From contig OZ024752.1 of the NCBI GenBank assembly GCA_964016885.1, forward strand, positions 49,166,001 to 49,230,000: DNA of 64,000 nucleotides, given 5' to 3'. The stretch's first letter is position 1, and the number at the start of each line of letters is the position of its first letter. The position numbers and the translations under genes were made by a program. Below the pieces are notes generated by a model. That model made no database searches, was not told the origin of the DNA, and worked only from the letters and a program-made list of their open reading frames with translations. Shown piece after piece: positions 1-13,109 of this stretch. This stretch comes from Eledone cirrhosa (taxonomy: Eukaryota).

Positions 1-185
1 ATTTCTTGGGGGATAAACACACCATTTGCAGCAGCACAACCTGTCAATATTGTTGCTTCAATAAAATATAACCTCGGTTGTTTGACTACCAACTTAGTTC
101 CGTTACACAAACATAGAGCATACGAGTTCCTATGAAGTACAATCGGGGATCTTTTGTTGAGTATGTGTCTGTGAGGTCCCTGTAC
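1..185 (-). pseudogene. Helitron PIF1-like helicase fragment (degenerate, runs off window start)
   Basis: Minus strand translates to PIVLHRNSYALCLCNGTKLVVKQPRLYFIEATILTGCAAANGVFIPQE, resembling the Helitron/PIF1 segment PIMLLRNL...LCNGTRL.V......IEA.ILTG...G..VFIPRI. Confidence 0.8.
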
Positions 186-299
186 CATCTCCTTACTTGC
201 TGCCATTGGGGCAGGAGTAAGTGTTGAGAGTTGAAATGGTTATTTCAAAACATATTACTTCCATGCTAATGGTTCCAGTATATTCAAAGACATTCGGGT

Positions 300-720
300 T
301 TGATACTCAAATCTTGAGTATCTGACAAAGTGATTTTTAAGTGAAAGAATTCTGGTTGCAAGTAATGTCTGTGATGAATTGCCCATGTCTTGCTGCCATA
401 AATGCAGATTGAGATTACCACTGCCTTGTATACAATAATTTTGGTAGATTCCTTGAGTTTCGTGACCATTTCTCCCATTAACCTATCCCAGGCTTGCCTT
501 GTTATGAAGACTGAGATTACCACAGCCTTCTACACAACAATGTTGGTAGATTCCTTGAGTTTCGTGACCATTTCTCCCATTAACCTATCCCAGGCTTGCC
601 TTGTTATGAAGATTGACATTACCACAGCCTTCTACACAACAATGTTGGTAGATTCCTTGAGTTTCATGACCATTGCTCCCAGTGAACCTCTGCCAGGCTT
701 GCCTTATGTACTCATCATTC
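300..720 (-). mobile_element. RTE-clade LINE ORF fragment
   Basis: ORF 284..523 contains TKIIVYKAVVISICIYGSKTWAIHHRH, typical of the post-RT region of RTE LINEs (TK..VY.AVV...LLYGSETW). Confidence 0.75.
407..705. repeat. 102-bp tandem repeat, about 3 copies, within the RTE fragment
   Basis: GAGATTACCA/GACATTACCA recurs at 411, 513 and 615. Confidence 0.9.
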
Positions 721-1565
721 GATTTCTTTTATTAGTGCTATCATCATGAGATATATTACTATGGAAATGTACAAAATTTTCATTGCATGTGACTGTCTGC
801 CTGTACTGGCGAATACACACATATATAAACACAAACACGCACATACATATATATACATATGAACTTACACATTGGTCTAAACAGGCAACATAATATAAAA
901 CTAAATAATTATAACTGTAAAATATTCATGGAACTAAATTGTCCAACATTAGCAAGGATATTATGGATTTTTTTTCGTTTTGCAAGCATTTAACATTGAT
1001 AAAGGACATTGATAATACAATAAGGCCTTGAATGTATAATTTTAAAAATCTATATTTTTTCTCCTTTTTATTGAATTAATTTTTAATTCCCAGTAAAGTT
1101 AGTTTATATAAATATATTTATACATAAATACAATCAGACAATTGTATTGCCAAGTCATAAAACAATAGATTATTTAAACAAAAATACAAACAAAAATGAT
1201 TATACACAATCACGTTTTTTTGTTTTGTTTATTTGTATGTTTCTTTCTTTGTTTGTTTTACAAAATTTTATAGCAAATGTCATTCATAAAAATTATACCA
1301 CACTCTTTAGTTAATTTAAATATAGGTTTATTAAGTAAATGTATTTCTTTCATTTTAAGATTACTTTGTCACACATAATTATTCTTAATCATTATAATTT
1401 GAAAACATTTCATATTTCCTATTGATTTCTAGCTAGAAATGTTTCAGAAAATAATTTTCTAAAAACCATCATAGTTATAGTGTCACAGTACATAAATTAA
1501 AAGGGTGAAAAGAAATGTCCATTTGTTAGGGATGGAGAAACCTTCATTATATATGATTTATACTG

Positions 1566-1567
<2 letters not shown>

Positions 1568-1626
<59 letters not shown>

Positions 1627-1650
1627 CACATACATATATATACATACATA
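1568..1650. repeat. (TA)n/(TACA)n microsatellite
   Basis: Direct inspection. Confidence 0.95.
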
Positions 1651-1883
1651 CTTACATTTAAGTAAGTGCCGTACTAAGAGTGAGAAATGAAATTTCGTTT
1701 CATTCTATTCCATATATATATATAATGACATATGCATTCATAGATATATACATATTTTTTGTATCTCAGTGTTAGTCATCTTTTAAATTTTATATATATA
1801 TATATACATGATATATACATTCATATATATACACATATAGTTTTGTATCTCAGTGTTTGTCATTCTTTTTATTTTTTATATAT

Positions 1884-1935
1884 ATGGCTTAGTGGTTAGA
1901 GCATTGGCCTTGCAATCAAAAGGTTGCAATTGAGT
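1884..1935 (+). mobile_element. tRNA-derived SINE head fragment (family A)
   Basis: TGGCTTAGTGGTTAGAGCATTGG matches the head at 2164. Confidence 0.65.
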
Positions 1936-2163
1936 CTTTTTGCATTCAAAACTTTAGTGTCAATATGATATGGAGGTAAGCAAAGATGTGAAATTAAACC
2001 AGACTTTCAGATATGATTTCATACCTGTCTTTGCATTGTGGGAGGTGTTACCTCAACCAGTTTTCTTTCATCAACTACAAGTGGTAAAGTAAAAAGACAC
2101 ACTCAGAGAATTGATTGATTAGTAAGACTATTATAGTTCTACATTTAGTTTCCTATGAACTAA

Positions 2164-2330
2164 GGCGCATGGCTTAGTGGTTAGAGCATTGGGCTTGCAA
2201 TCGAAAGGTTGTGAGTTCAATTCTCGGACCGGGTGATGTGTTGTTTCCTTGAGCAAGACACTTTATTTCACATTGTTCCAGTTTACTCAGCTGTAGAAAT
2301 GAGATGATAGGGACTGGGGTCCCTATCATT
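2164..2330 (+). mobile_element. tRNA-CORE-like SINE (family A), head plus body, no tail
   Basis: A box TGGCTTAGTGG, B box GAGTTCAATTC, CORE-like TCCTTGAGCAAGACACTTTATTTCAC; ends after hairpin ATGATAGGGAC-TGGG-GTCCCTATCAT. Confidence 0.85.
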
Positions 2331-3838
2331 AAATCACCCAAGACACCTCCAACGAGATAGACCTTGGAGGAGGCCAGCTAAACCTGCATAGGTGTGAGCT
2401 GTCACACACACACTATGATAGAAATGGTGTAGCAAACTGAAACATACATTTATATACATAAACAAACATTTTAAGGCCATTTCTCTTGCTAAATCAGAGG
2501 GTAGCCTTGTGGGTTGTGTGACAAGCTTTATATATATCACAAGATCTTTTTCTAGAAATTACTTTACAGCTGGATACCCTTAATGGTACTAATTCTCTTA
2601 TTTGCATCTTATGACACACAGGGTTATAATGTATCTATTTTAAACTGACAATATATGTAGATCTAATAAAGGCTAATTTAATTAAATAAAAGAATTTTAT
2701 TATTCAAACAATTTATAGAATCTTTTTAATAATTCAGAAAGTTGCTGATCTAACTAATTTATCCCATTTCAATTTGTTTATCAATTTACAAAGGAAGATT
2801 TCTTTGCAAAAATAGTTTTAAAATATTGACTCATGTGAGTACTTCAAAGTAAAAAAGTTATATGAAGTTAAAGATTAAAAAAGTCAAATGTGCCAGTACC
2901 TAAGCAAATGATTTATCTTATTCAATAGTTAAATCTTTTATTGAAAGGAGGAAAAAAGGAAAAGAGATAGAGAAATATTCTCAGAGAAAGCTGTAACACT
3001 TCAAATACTGATATTACAAGCCAGCTTTAAAAACATAGTTTTAATGAAAAATATTTTTTTAAACTATCAGATATGAATGAAATCTCAGGAATGATTTCTT
3101 AATCCTAAACTTGAAAAGAAAAAATAATAAATTAATATTTTTAAGAAGATAAATCGGGAGGCCATTAAGATTTGCTTTCAAACGAGACTATTTTAAAATT
3201 TATTTTGAATACCAATTTAAGTTTATCAGATTCTTATGGTAATTGAAGAAAACCTGGATTATTATAAATAAAAAATAGTGTAGCTCTAAATAAACAATAC
3301 TTGAAAAGAAAAAAAGAAAAAGACAAGGTGGTTTTAGTTGATACCTTTGATCATAAGTCTGCTTGATCAGGACTGACCTGGGGCTAAACAACAGTGGTAG
3401 CAGAGGTTTAATATCCTTTATCTGAATTTAAAAATCTGAATACCTCTAAAATGTAGAAGTTTTTCAAGTGCTGACATAAATTGCCACAAATGAAAAATTC
3501 CACAAAGCACTGAAATAGTTCCTGGATGATATACAAATACAATTAAAAAAAAACAATTATGTGAAATCTGAACTTCACCACATAAAAATCTACGTGAATG
3601 TATGTTATGTCCTTACAGATAAATGAATACACTGCAACAGTGTAATAATATAATCGAAACAAATGGCAATAACCACACGTAACGGAACAACAATCTTTTA
3701 AGAATCCAACTCGAACTGTGAACTTGAACTCCAATTTTAGATAAAGAATTCTCAATTTGTATTGGTTTTTAACTTAGTTGAGCAAAGCAAATTACATAAT
3801 GGGCACTGTTCTCTGAAAACATTTTCTATTCAATGCTT

Positions 3839-4057
3839 TTAACCCTTTAGCATTTACATTACTCTATATACACTGTTGTATTTTTGTGGTAAAGGCTTTA
3901 TTTTACATAATTACCTCACATAATATCGAATCTATGAGATTTTAATATTATTTATTTTGAGAACAATACCTTAACATAAGTATGAGTGGCCAGTCACGGC
4001 TGGTTTGAACAGAAAGAGATGAGAGAATTCTGGCTGGTTTAAATGCTAAAGGGTTAA
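3839..4057 (+). mobile_element. piggyBac-like MITE (family M)
   Basis: TTAA|CCCTTTAGCATTTA...TAAATGCTAAAGGG|TTAA: 14-bp TIR starting CCC, TTAA TSD, many copies in window. Confidence 0.9.
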
Positions 4058-5519
4058 GCTAAAATAGTGAACTATTTCAACTTATGTTAAACTTCATTAC
4101 AATTACTAAAAGCCAAGTTTCCATATATATAACGAAGCTCATAGATGAAATATATTTTTGAAAGCTGTTATAATGAATATGTAAAGGGCTAGGTTATACA
4201 GGTAGCATTGTATTACAGAAGGTATCATTATGTTTATATGAAATAGTAATTAACAGATGTTGATAAAAAAAAGGTAGAATATAAAGTATACTGAGTGATA
4301 AAAGTAAATAGCGCCGTTGTTAGTTCAGAAAGCTGATTATGGAAATAAAATTAATTGATATAGAGTGTTAACAACTGCAAACTGCATATGGACTAATTAA
4401 AATGAACAGCTTTATTAATGATTCCTAATTGTGTAGGCTAGAAAAACAAGAGGAAAATTTAAATACAGGCTGTGAGAATTAAGAGTTTCCTTCAGAGCTC
4501 CAGAGAATCCTGTGCCAAGTTCTTCCAGGACAAAACTTTCCTTGGCACTATGACAAGTGGCAGCAAACAAAGAAAACTTTGTAAGCAAAATTAATAATTC
4601 TAAATATAATTTCAGAATCCTTTGGGAAGCAGGTTTTTATGGAAAATATTACTTTATTGAAAGCAACAGCAGAAACTCTGTTTTAATTGTATCAGGCTAT
4701 CTTGCAAAAAGAAAAACAACAAATTAGACATTTGAGCTGTGCAGGCTGTCTCAAGAATTTTAAACATTGAATATTATTTAGAATATAAGATTAGGACATA
4801 TACTGCACCTCTATGTGAAACCTATAAAATGACAAAGGATTAGACAAGATTACTAACCCCAAATCAAAACTGAAGATTACAATGTATAATTCTAAAGAGA
4901 AAAAAATATATAAAATAAGTAAAACTACATGTATAATATTACTATCCTTCTAGCAATAAATACTTTGTATTAGTTAAAAAATAAACTATTCTCCCTAAAA
5001 GGGGTTATATAGTAACAATATTTCAATAAATATTTAGTTATATCAAAATAACATTTTAGAATAAGGTTAACTATATGTTTTTTTTATTTAAAGAGAATAT
5101 ATCAGATGCAATTTATAATTAAAATAACTGAGTGCATCTTAAATGAATGAAACAAAATGTATTTAAAAAAATAGATCCCCTCAGAGAAATGACTAAAATC
5201 ATTTATTTTCTTATTTTTCGCAGTAACTTGTCAAAATTAATACTAACTCTATGCTACACTATAAACTGCTTGCAAACAAGTGAGAAATAAAGAATTTAAT
5301 TATCATCTTCTAATTAAATAAATTATTTCAACTGATAGCAGATATTTTATTTCTCAAACTTTAAATACAAAATGATAATACAAGATAGAGAATACTATTT
5401 CCTGAAAATGTTAATGTCTTGATTTGTGTGAGTAGAGTAAATACTTGAACTAATTCCTTTAAGGATTCAATGTGTATAACCTTCAATATATGAAGAAATG
5501 CCTTACAGAAATTATACAT

Positions 5520-5670
5520 TTCTTCTGTTATTTTACTGGTTTCACTCATTGGACTACGACCATGCTGGGGTACTGCCTATAAGGGTTTAGTCAATCATAT
5601 CTGTTTTTTAAAGTCTGATAATTATTTTATCGATAACATTTTGTTCAATGGTTAAGTTATGAGATATATA
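5520..5670 (-). mobile_element. old SINE 3' tail remnant
   Basis: TTTTACTGGTTTCACTCATTGGACTACGACCATGCTGGGG is the reverse complement of the tail near 48595-48635. Confidence 0.5.
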
Positions 5671-5774
5671 ATATATATATATATATGTGTGTGTGTCTTA
5701 TGGTAGCTAAGATGCTTCCATAGGTGGTATGCCAGTTCAGCACTCTATGCGCTTACAGAGCAGAGTATGATATG

Positions 5775-5918
5775 ATAGAAAACGAAAAATCAGTGATGCA
5801 TTGTGTGTCCAGAATCAGACAGATCCACACAATGATCGCGTCTCGAGCTGTCTGCCGGCGAAACAATTGTAACACAATAAATTGAGTTCAGATGCATCAC
5901 TGACTTTTCGTTTTCTAT
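5775..5918 (+). mobile_element. Penelope-like fold-back fragment with partial hammerhead motif
   Basis: 27-bp inverted arms (5775-5801/5892-5918, 1 mismatch) enclosing GCGAAAC-AATT-GTA and AATAAA; abuts (TA)n. Confidence 0.4.
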
Positions 5919-5943
5919 TATATATATATATATATATATATAT

Positions 5944-6220
5944 ACCGGGTGATGTGTTGTTTCCTTGAGCAAGACACTTTATTTCACATTGCTCCAGTTT
6001 ACTCAGCTGTAGAAATGAGATGATAGGGACTGGGGTCCCTATCATTCCAGTGCAAAGTGGTCGTGGAGGTGCCACGGAAAAAAAAGCACCCAGCACTCAC
6101 TGTAAATGAGGTTGGTCTTAGGAAGGGCATCCAGCTGTAGAAATCAAGCCAGAATCAGTTCCCGTCCCACCCTTGCAAGCAGGGAAAAGCGGACGTAAAA
6201 TGAAATGATGATGATGATGA

Positions 6221-6224
<4 letters not shown>
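5944..6224 (+). mobile_element. family A SINE lacking tRNA head, RTE-type tail
   Basis: CORE-like body, hairpin, GTTGG..TTAGGAAGGGCATCCAGCTGTAGAAA motif, tail GCAAGCAGGGAAAAGCGGACGTAAAA(TGA)n; flanked by (TA)n. Confidence 0.9.
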
Positions 6225-6270
<46 letters not shown>

Positions 6271-6563
6271 TGAAGTAAAAGTTAAGTGGAAATATCCAAG
6301 AGTAAGAGAACTCAGTCCATAGGACAAGTTTAGTATAATAATTATGTAATTATATAAATATATGATTTTTTTTTTTACTTTAAAGAATTTCATATCAATT
6401 TCTGTATCTTAAAATTTAGTTTGAGTGTAAATATTTCTGTCATAAGAATTGATCAGGAAGGGCATCATACTGTAAAACACTGCCCCAGAAGTCCTGTTCA
6501 ACCCATGCTAACATAGAAAAACAGATGTAATGATGGATGGATGGATGTATGAATACATGCATG

Positions 6564-6792
6564 TAACACTTTTGATATCAAACCATATGAAATTAGCCCT
6601 GGTTCTATGATATGAAATGGTTTATTTAAAGTATTTATATTTATCTAGAAACTGTTATTTTTAACATCTTATCAAATGTAAGACTCTCTGTTATGTCTAA
6701 ACAACAACTTAATAATGATAAAGAAATTTTCAAAATGGTTTGAAAATCACAGCCAGTGTTATTCATTAAGAATATGGTAACAAAACGGTTAA
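6564..6792 (+). mobile_element. older TTAA-type MITE (degenerate)
   Basis: TAACACTTTTGATATCAAACC...GGTAACAAAACGGTTAA; similar sequence at 9687-9890 and inverted near 43710-43945. Confidence 0.5.
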
Positions 6793-8355
6793 ACGCGTTT
6801 AAAAGACAATAAGGGTCACATAATGAAATGAGATAATTTGAGTTTCCATTTTAAAGCCAGCCATTTCAAAAGGTATCTCATCTCTGTGATGCAAAACTTA
6901 AGTATAGGGATGCTGAAATGAGAAATTGGTGAAATAATAAATTTTAAAAAAATGTTCTCGTTTTATTTACATTTTATTTTGGTTTGTCTCTTCACACAGT
7001 TTTTTTTTAATTTGAAAATATACTAAGATTAAAAAATAAAATATACCAAAAAATGGAAAAACTCAGGAAAAAATCTATTTTTAAAGAAATAAGAGAAATG
7101 AAATGACTCAATATCTTGAGCAAGCTCTGTTAGACTTGAGTCTTTGAAGACAGATATGCTATAGTTCATTTAATACATGTGATTAATACTATCACAAGTG
7201 TTTTGTTAAGGAGAGTTCAATATAGGGAGCGAGTAGGAGAAAATGCAGACTGCAAATTGTGCCTGCAAAAATATGTGCATGTTCGCAGCAAACCATGCAT
7301 ACGTCATAAAAGAAATCAATAAGATGTTGTGAAACAAATGGATCCTGAGAAATTTGCATGCAAGTAGCCATCAACTATCAGTAGGGGCTGGTTAAAAGAC
7401 TTCATCTTTTCATAATTAAAAGATCCTTAGCAAATTTCTCATAAATATAGAGCAAAGTTCAGGGAAGATCATCGGTTTATGCAAATAACCTTTGAGGCTT
7501 TGATAGAACGTTCCACTACATTTAACAGAAGATGCATTTAAAAATCCATTGCAACACTGAGCAAAAAGACAACAAAAAACCCCAGAAAAACAGGCCAAAA
7601 AAAAAAAGAGAGAGAGATAAAGAGGAAAACATGAAAATATATTAAACTTCAAGTATCAATGAAAGTAAAAACTAGTAGAGATAGAGCAAAAGAGATAGAG
7701 TGTAAGAGAGAAAGAATTTGAGAGAGAAAGAATGTGTGAGGGAAAGAATTTGAGAGAAAAATTTGAAATTTCAATTTTTAAATTTTAAGATATATTTTTT
7801 AAATTTTAAAATTGATTTTTTTAAATTTTAAAAAAGTGTTTTGTTTTTTTGTTTTTTTAATCAATGCATTTCCTATTTTTGGAGACAAGCATACTATCAG
7901 CCATGATAATTTGAAACAGCCAGCCAGCATTTAATTTAACAGAAGATTTTTCCCTTTCAATGCTGACCTTAAATTTGCTTCAATAGGGAAAACAAATGTA
8001 TGACATAGAATAATAAAGAAAGGATTTTATTTTTTAAATTGACCATTTAATCCTGTTTCTATTGCTAGACAAAAAGTTTTGGGTACTAATTTCAACCCTT
8101 TTTTTTTTATATGAAACTGGCTGAAAGCTCTCCTGGATATTTATTCTAAAGTATTTAAAAACCTTCCCTCAATTTTATTTAGGAATTTTTTGATAAAAAA
8201 AAAAAATTTGGATACTAAAAAATTATTTGAAAATCATAAACAATGACTTTCATTAGAAAGTATAGGGAGGGAAAAGGTTAAAGGAATCATTTTATTTACA
8301 TGATACACATTTTTAGAATATACAAATATAAATTTCTCTTCCGTTATTGATTAAT

Positions 8356-8540
8356 AATTGTTTCTACTTTTGGCACAAGGCCAGCAATTACCCCAGTGCG
8401 TTACTGGTACTTTATTTTATCGACCCCATAAGGATGAAAGGCACAGTTAAACTTGGCTGGATTTGAACTCAGAATGACAAGGGCCATAACTATGCATCAA
8501 AGAATGGCGTCTGACCCTCTACCAATACTGCCAATCCACC
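8356..8540 (-). mobile_element. tRNA-derived SINE with Meta-like body (family B)
   Basis: Head GGTGGATTGGCAGTATTGG, B box GAGTTCAAATCC, body GCCTTTCATCCTTA.GGGGTCGATAAAATAAAGTACCAG; 18-bp TSD CCGTTATTGATTAATAAT. Confidence 0.9.
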
Positions 8541-9886
8541 GTTATTGATTAATAATACCTTAAATTTTTGGAGCTGGGGAAATAAGATGATTTGAAGTTT
8601 GTGCCTTTTTGAAGCAAGGCAAGTAAAAAAGATCCACTTAGAAATTAAATTCTAGTTTTACTATCATCCCATTGAATTAACGAAGCCTCTTTTAAGGAAA
8701 CTATGAATGTCTTTGTTCAAAAGAGATTCCAATCATTATTTCAAAAAAATTTTTTATAATTATTATTTTTAATTACAAGACATGAAGGTCAAGGTACATA
8801 TAAAATGATTAAATAGGGTTGAAAGTAAGAAAAAACAGTTTATTTTAATGAACAAGGGATGCTGACGAGATAATGGAAGGTGAAGAAGAACCAGGTTCTG
8901 AGTAATTTCCATTAATTCCGTGACAACAGCGAGAACAGTACAATTTCTCTTAGGTCTATAAATATTGAGGCAGCTCTTAAGCTAATCAAAAACTAAAAGT
9001 ATAAATGAACTTACAGCATATAATAAACATAGCAAGAATGTTCTATTTACTGCAACATTCATCATCATCATCATCATTTTTACATGTACTTTTCCCCCGT
9101 TGGTATACGTTAGATGAGACTGTTTTATGGTAGAATTCTACCACTGGATGCACTTCTGGATACCAATGCTAATTTGCTTAAAGTAAGATAGTGAGCAAGC
9201 TTCATTCATTGATACTGTGTCGCAAGCATTTGTTTATAAGCAAGACATAAACAAACATCACTGCTTGTGATTTCAAAGACATTTTGGAAAGAATCAAATG
9301 CCCTTTTATAAAATTATAAAGGAAGCTTTTTAGATAAATATAGTTACTTTGTATTAAAAGAAAAGTGTTTTGTATCAGAGAACTGAGGTCAGTTTTAGGC
9401 ACTTTGGTATGAAAAGTGCTTACAGAGTTTATTTAGGTATCAAAGCTACTTCCACATTACATTTATCTTCATCCTAACTTGAATATTCTCTTTTCTATGT
9501 TGGTATGGATTAACGAGTACATTACATCACCTTTGTTTTCATCTCAGAGATAAAATGAGACTGAGGTGAAACAATAGTCATGTAGCACACTGTAACACAC
9601 TGTACACACCATGCCAACATATAAAAGAGAACATTAATTTTAGGATGAGGAGTTAAAAGTGGTTTTGCTACCTAAATGAACTCTCTTAACACCTCTGATA
9701 CCAAACAGCCTGAAACTACTCTTGGTTCTACAATTCAAAACTGCTTATTTTAAACTGTCTATATTTATCTGAAAAACCTTCCATCTTTCTTTTATGTAAG
9801 AACATTTGTTAAATTATGATCCAAAAACCAGCTTAATAATGAGAAAGTTATATTAATAAACACCTTTAAATTCTTGATTATTTTAA

Positions 9887-10132
9887 AATCACCCCTTCCT
9901 TCCTCAGTCGACATAATCACCCCTTCCTTCCTCGGTCGATGTAATCACCCCTTCCTTCCTCGGTCGACGTAATCACCCTTCCTTCCTCAGTCGACATAAT
10001 CACCCCTTCCTTCCTTGGTTGACGTAATCACCCCTTCCTTTCTCGGTCGACGTAATCACCCCTTCCTTCCTCGGTTGATGTAATCACCCCTTGGTTCCTC
10101 GGTTGACGTAATCACCCCTTCCTTCCTCAGTC
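9887..10132. repeat. 28-bp minisatellite, about 8.5 copies
   Basis: Unit AATCACCCCTTCCTTCCTCGGTCGACGT. Confidence 0.95.
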
Positions 10133-11732
10133 ATCTCTAGTGTGTGACGGACAAATACACAAGACTATATTAGTAGATGATTTAAATATCACAGGCAGAA
10201 TCATCTTCAAAGATGACTTCTTCATTTTTTTCTTATGGCCTCTTCCTGACATGCATAGTTTCTACTGCCAGCAAATAGCTTTTTTTCAAGCAGCATATGT
10301 GTATAGCAGTATACATACTCTCATCTGTACATTGGTTAATGTTTTTTATGCTCAACTACTTCCTCATGTCATTTACACTCCAGTACTTTTTATGAACATT
10401 TCACTAAATTTAAATTTAATGGAAATTTAACAGCATTTTTAAAATGTGTTTTACTTTGCAATCTTTCCATAACAATTAAACAGCTGGGTACTGCTTATCA
10501 AGTCTACATAGTTTAAAAAAAAAAAATAAACATAACATTATACAATTAAGGTACCACCAACATTACATGTAATAACATGCTTTTAATCAAGACACCATGC
10601 TACTAGTTGTATTTGTAAAGACAAACATTTAATTCAATGACAAGCAAGTTGAAAGTTTTGGGGGGGTTTTTTGTAGTTGTTGGTTTGGTTTTGTGTGTGT
10701 GTATTTTTTTTTTTTTTTTTTTTTTTAGATTGATTGCAAAATGCTATAAATTTAAAGTTAGATGTTTACAAGATATTTTATGAAAGAAAATAAAAATTTA
10801 TAATCTACATAAATTATGTGAAATATTTTACTTAAAATAATTTCTATAATCTACTTACTGGGTTTTTTAATTTAAAAAATGAATCAAGATGCCCATTTAC
10901 CAAATAAGTAACATAAAAATTATTCATGGTAACTTTAATAATCTTGTATTAAAATATTGAATTAAAGAAATTATACTAGAGAAAGTTTCAATTTGAGATT
11001 AATTTGTTTTTGTTATGTTTTCCTTGTGTTTTTAATACAAGATAAAAACTCTTTGGTAATCATTAATGCTGAAGTTAATTAGATGAATTTGAAACAAGCA
11101 TATTTCTTAAATTAAATTAACTTTTCCTTGAAATTTATTTGAAATTTCAGTTTCGTACTGAATTTTCAGTTGCAGTAGCAGCAGTATATTACTTCATTAA
11201 ATACCAGTTTCCATAGCTTTGAGAAATTGAAATTATAGCAAAAGAAGTGGAAACATTACAAGTTTCCGAAATGGTGGATAAATCTTTTATGCCTAAAAAA
11301 AGCTTTCAGACTTGACGTTTTATAAGAAATATTTTTAGAAAGACCAAATATTAAAAAAAAAAAATGCTTCCATATTTGAAGTTTTGTAATAAATATCTTT
11401 AGTTTAATTTTTATTAAGAACCTGTCGGTAGTTTAAAAAAAAAAGAAATTACAAGCTTTATAACAAGTATTTTTAGTTTAATTTTTATTCAGAGAAAACC
11501 AGTATATGCCAAATTTGAAAAGGAAGAAAAAGAAAATCATTGCTATAGGTTTGACAACAAGCCAGCCTATTTCATGGAGCCCACTCCTGTGGGTGGCCAA
11601 TTCTGCCCTTGATAGTAGTAAGTAAGGAGTTGATATGGGAACAAAGAATACAGGAAACCTCCACAACTATAGAATTAACAAGATATATATATATATATAT
11701 TAGCAGCCTATTAATATGCAAATCAGGCCAAT

Positions 11733-12001
11733 CAGTCTCTGTATATTTCAGAAAATATATTTTCACTAGCTCTGACAGTTGGCAGGTAAGCAGTATACGG
11801 TACTGATGAAGGGTAATTACCCAGAAAAATTAGTGTCTGCTGTTCTGTTTATATGCCAACACAAGACCAAGAATGACGAAGTCATTCTACTGACATGGAT
11901 TAAAGAGGCTGTTTGCATAATTGCAAACGAATCGCATATTATTATTAATATTTGAAAATCTCACATTACATTTATTGCATTCAGCCATGTAGAGCAATAA
12001 A
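11733..12001 (+). mobile_element. short non-autonomous Penelope-like/retrozyme-type element (family H1)
   Basis: Paralogous to 25229-25467; carries a hammerhead motif; between TA-rich tracts. Confidence 0.6.
11778..11860 (+). ncRNA. type I hammerhead ribozyme-like motif (degenerate helix III)
   Basis: CTGATGA (11803), palindromic helix II GGGTAATTACCC, GAAA (11824), GTC (11835-37); helix I CGGTA/TGCTG plus TAAGCAG/CTGTTTA and GTTGGCA/TGCCAAC. Confidence 0.6.
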
Positions 12002-12060
12002 ACTATTTGTTATATATATATATATATTTTGCATGACATTATTTGTAAAGATTTATGTTC

Positions 12061-12177
12061 AGAATTCAAATCCCGCTGAGGTTAGCTTTGCCTTTCATCC
12101 TTACGGGGTCGATAAAATAGAGTACCAGTAACACTGTGGGGTAATTGCTGGCCTTGAACCAAAAGTAGAAACAATTA
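12061..12177 (+). mobile_element. family B SINE, 5'-truncated
   Basis: B box, Meta-like body and tail. Confidence 0.85.
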
Positions 12178-12682
12178 CTTGAAAAAATCTAATGCTAGAA
12201 ATATAAGGACATATAATACTAGTAAAAAAAAGTAACTTTTAAACGATTTTTCTTTTACTTTATTTAGACATCAAGAGTACTGACTAATACCTTAACTAAC
12301 AAAGGAAATACAGTAATCCATTGCGTTTGATCAACTAATATCTTATTTGTCATGAGCTGAATAATATATTTACTCAAACATTGAGATTTTGTAAGACTCC
12401 TTAAAGAGATTATTCTGTTTTCATTATTTCTTTATTTACTTCAAATAGAAAAGTAAACATATTGCGAGTTCTGGTCGGCATCATTTAATACTAGAAGCAA
12501 GACAGAAGGTTATACAAGACACTTGCCTAGAAACTAAAAACAAAAGTAGAAAGTAAGTTTATGAATGTTTGCCAAATGTAAAATGTTTGCAATTGAGAAA
12601 CAGTGTGATCAGACAAATTAAGGTTTTGTTGAGAAAGAAATACACTCAAAATTAAATGGATATTAGTAGACCAGTCCCATCA

Positions 12683-12869
12683 ATAATTGTTTCTATTTTT
12701 GGCACAAGGCCAGCAATTAACCAGTGCATTACTAGTACTTTATTTTATCAACCCCGTAAGAATGAAAGGCAAAGTTAACCTCGGCGAGATTTGAACTCAG
12801 AATGGCAAAGGCCGTAACTCTTTGCTGTAAAGCATGGCGCCCGACCCTCTACCGATACTGCCAATCCAC
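12683..12869 (-). mobile_element. family B SINE
   Basis: Near full-length match to family. Confidence 0.9.
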
Positions 12870-13109
12870 AATGATGGCAAGTCTAGGCTGTTTTAGAGGC
12901 AACCTTTACTAGCCTTGTCATAGCTACATCACTTGATTGTGAGAGATTTCTCGGGAGTTACATGTGTCACTCATTGCTCCATTTCCTCTAGTAGTTTGCC
13001 AATGTTGGTCTGGGGTTGTTTATTCTTCCGGCGGCTGCCTGCTTATATCGCAACTAACCATCATATCTGGTGGCCATATTGCTATCCATCACCTGGGATC
13101 TGTTTTCTA

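Noticed and set aside
2164-2235. Possible tRNA gene
   Set aside because: A and B boxes are present but the stems are imperfect and the sequence runs into a SINE body.
3543-3755. ORF with CCSVTCGYC resembling the end of a ShK domain
   Set aside because: The other cysteines and convincing splice context are absent.
4512-4548. GTGCCAAG...CTTGGCAC hairpin with miR-96-like seed
   Set aside because: Only an 8-bp stem, and the seed is on the wrong arm.
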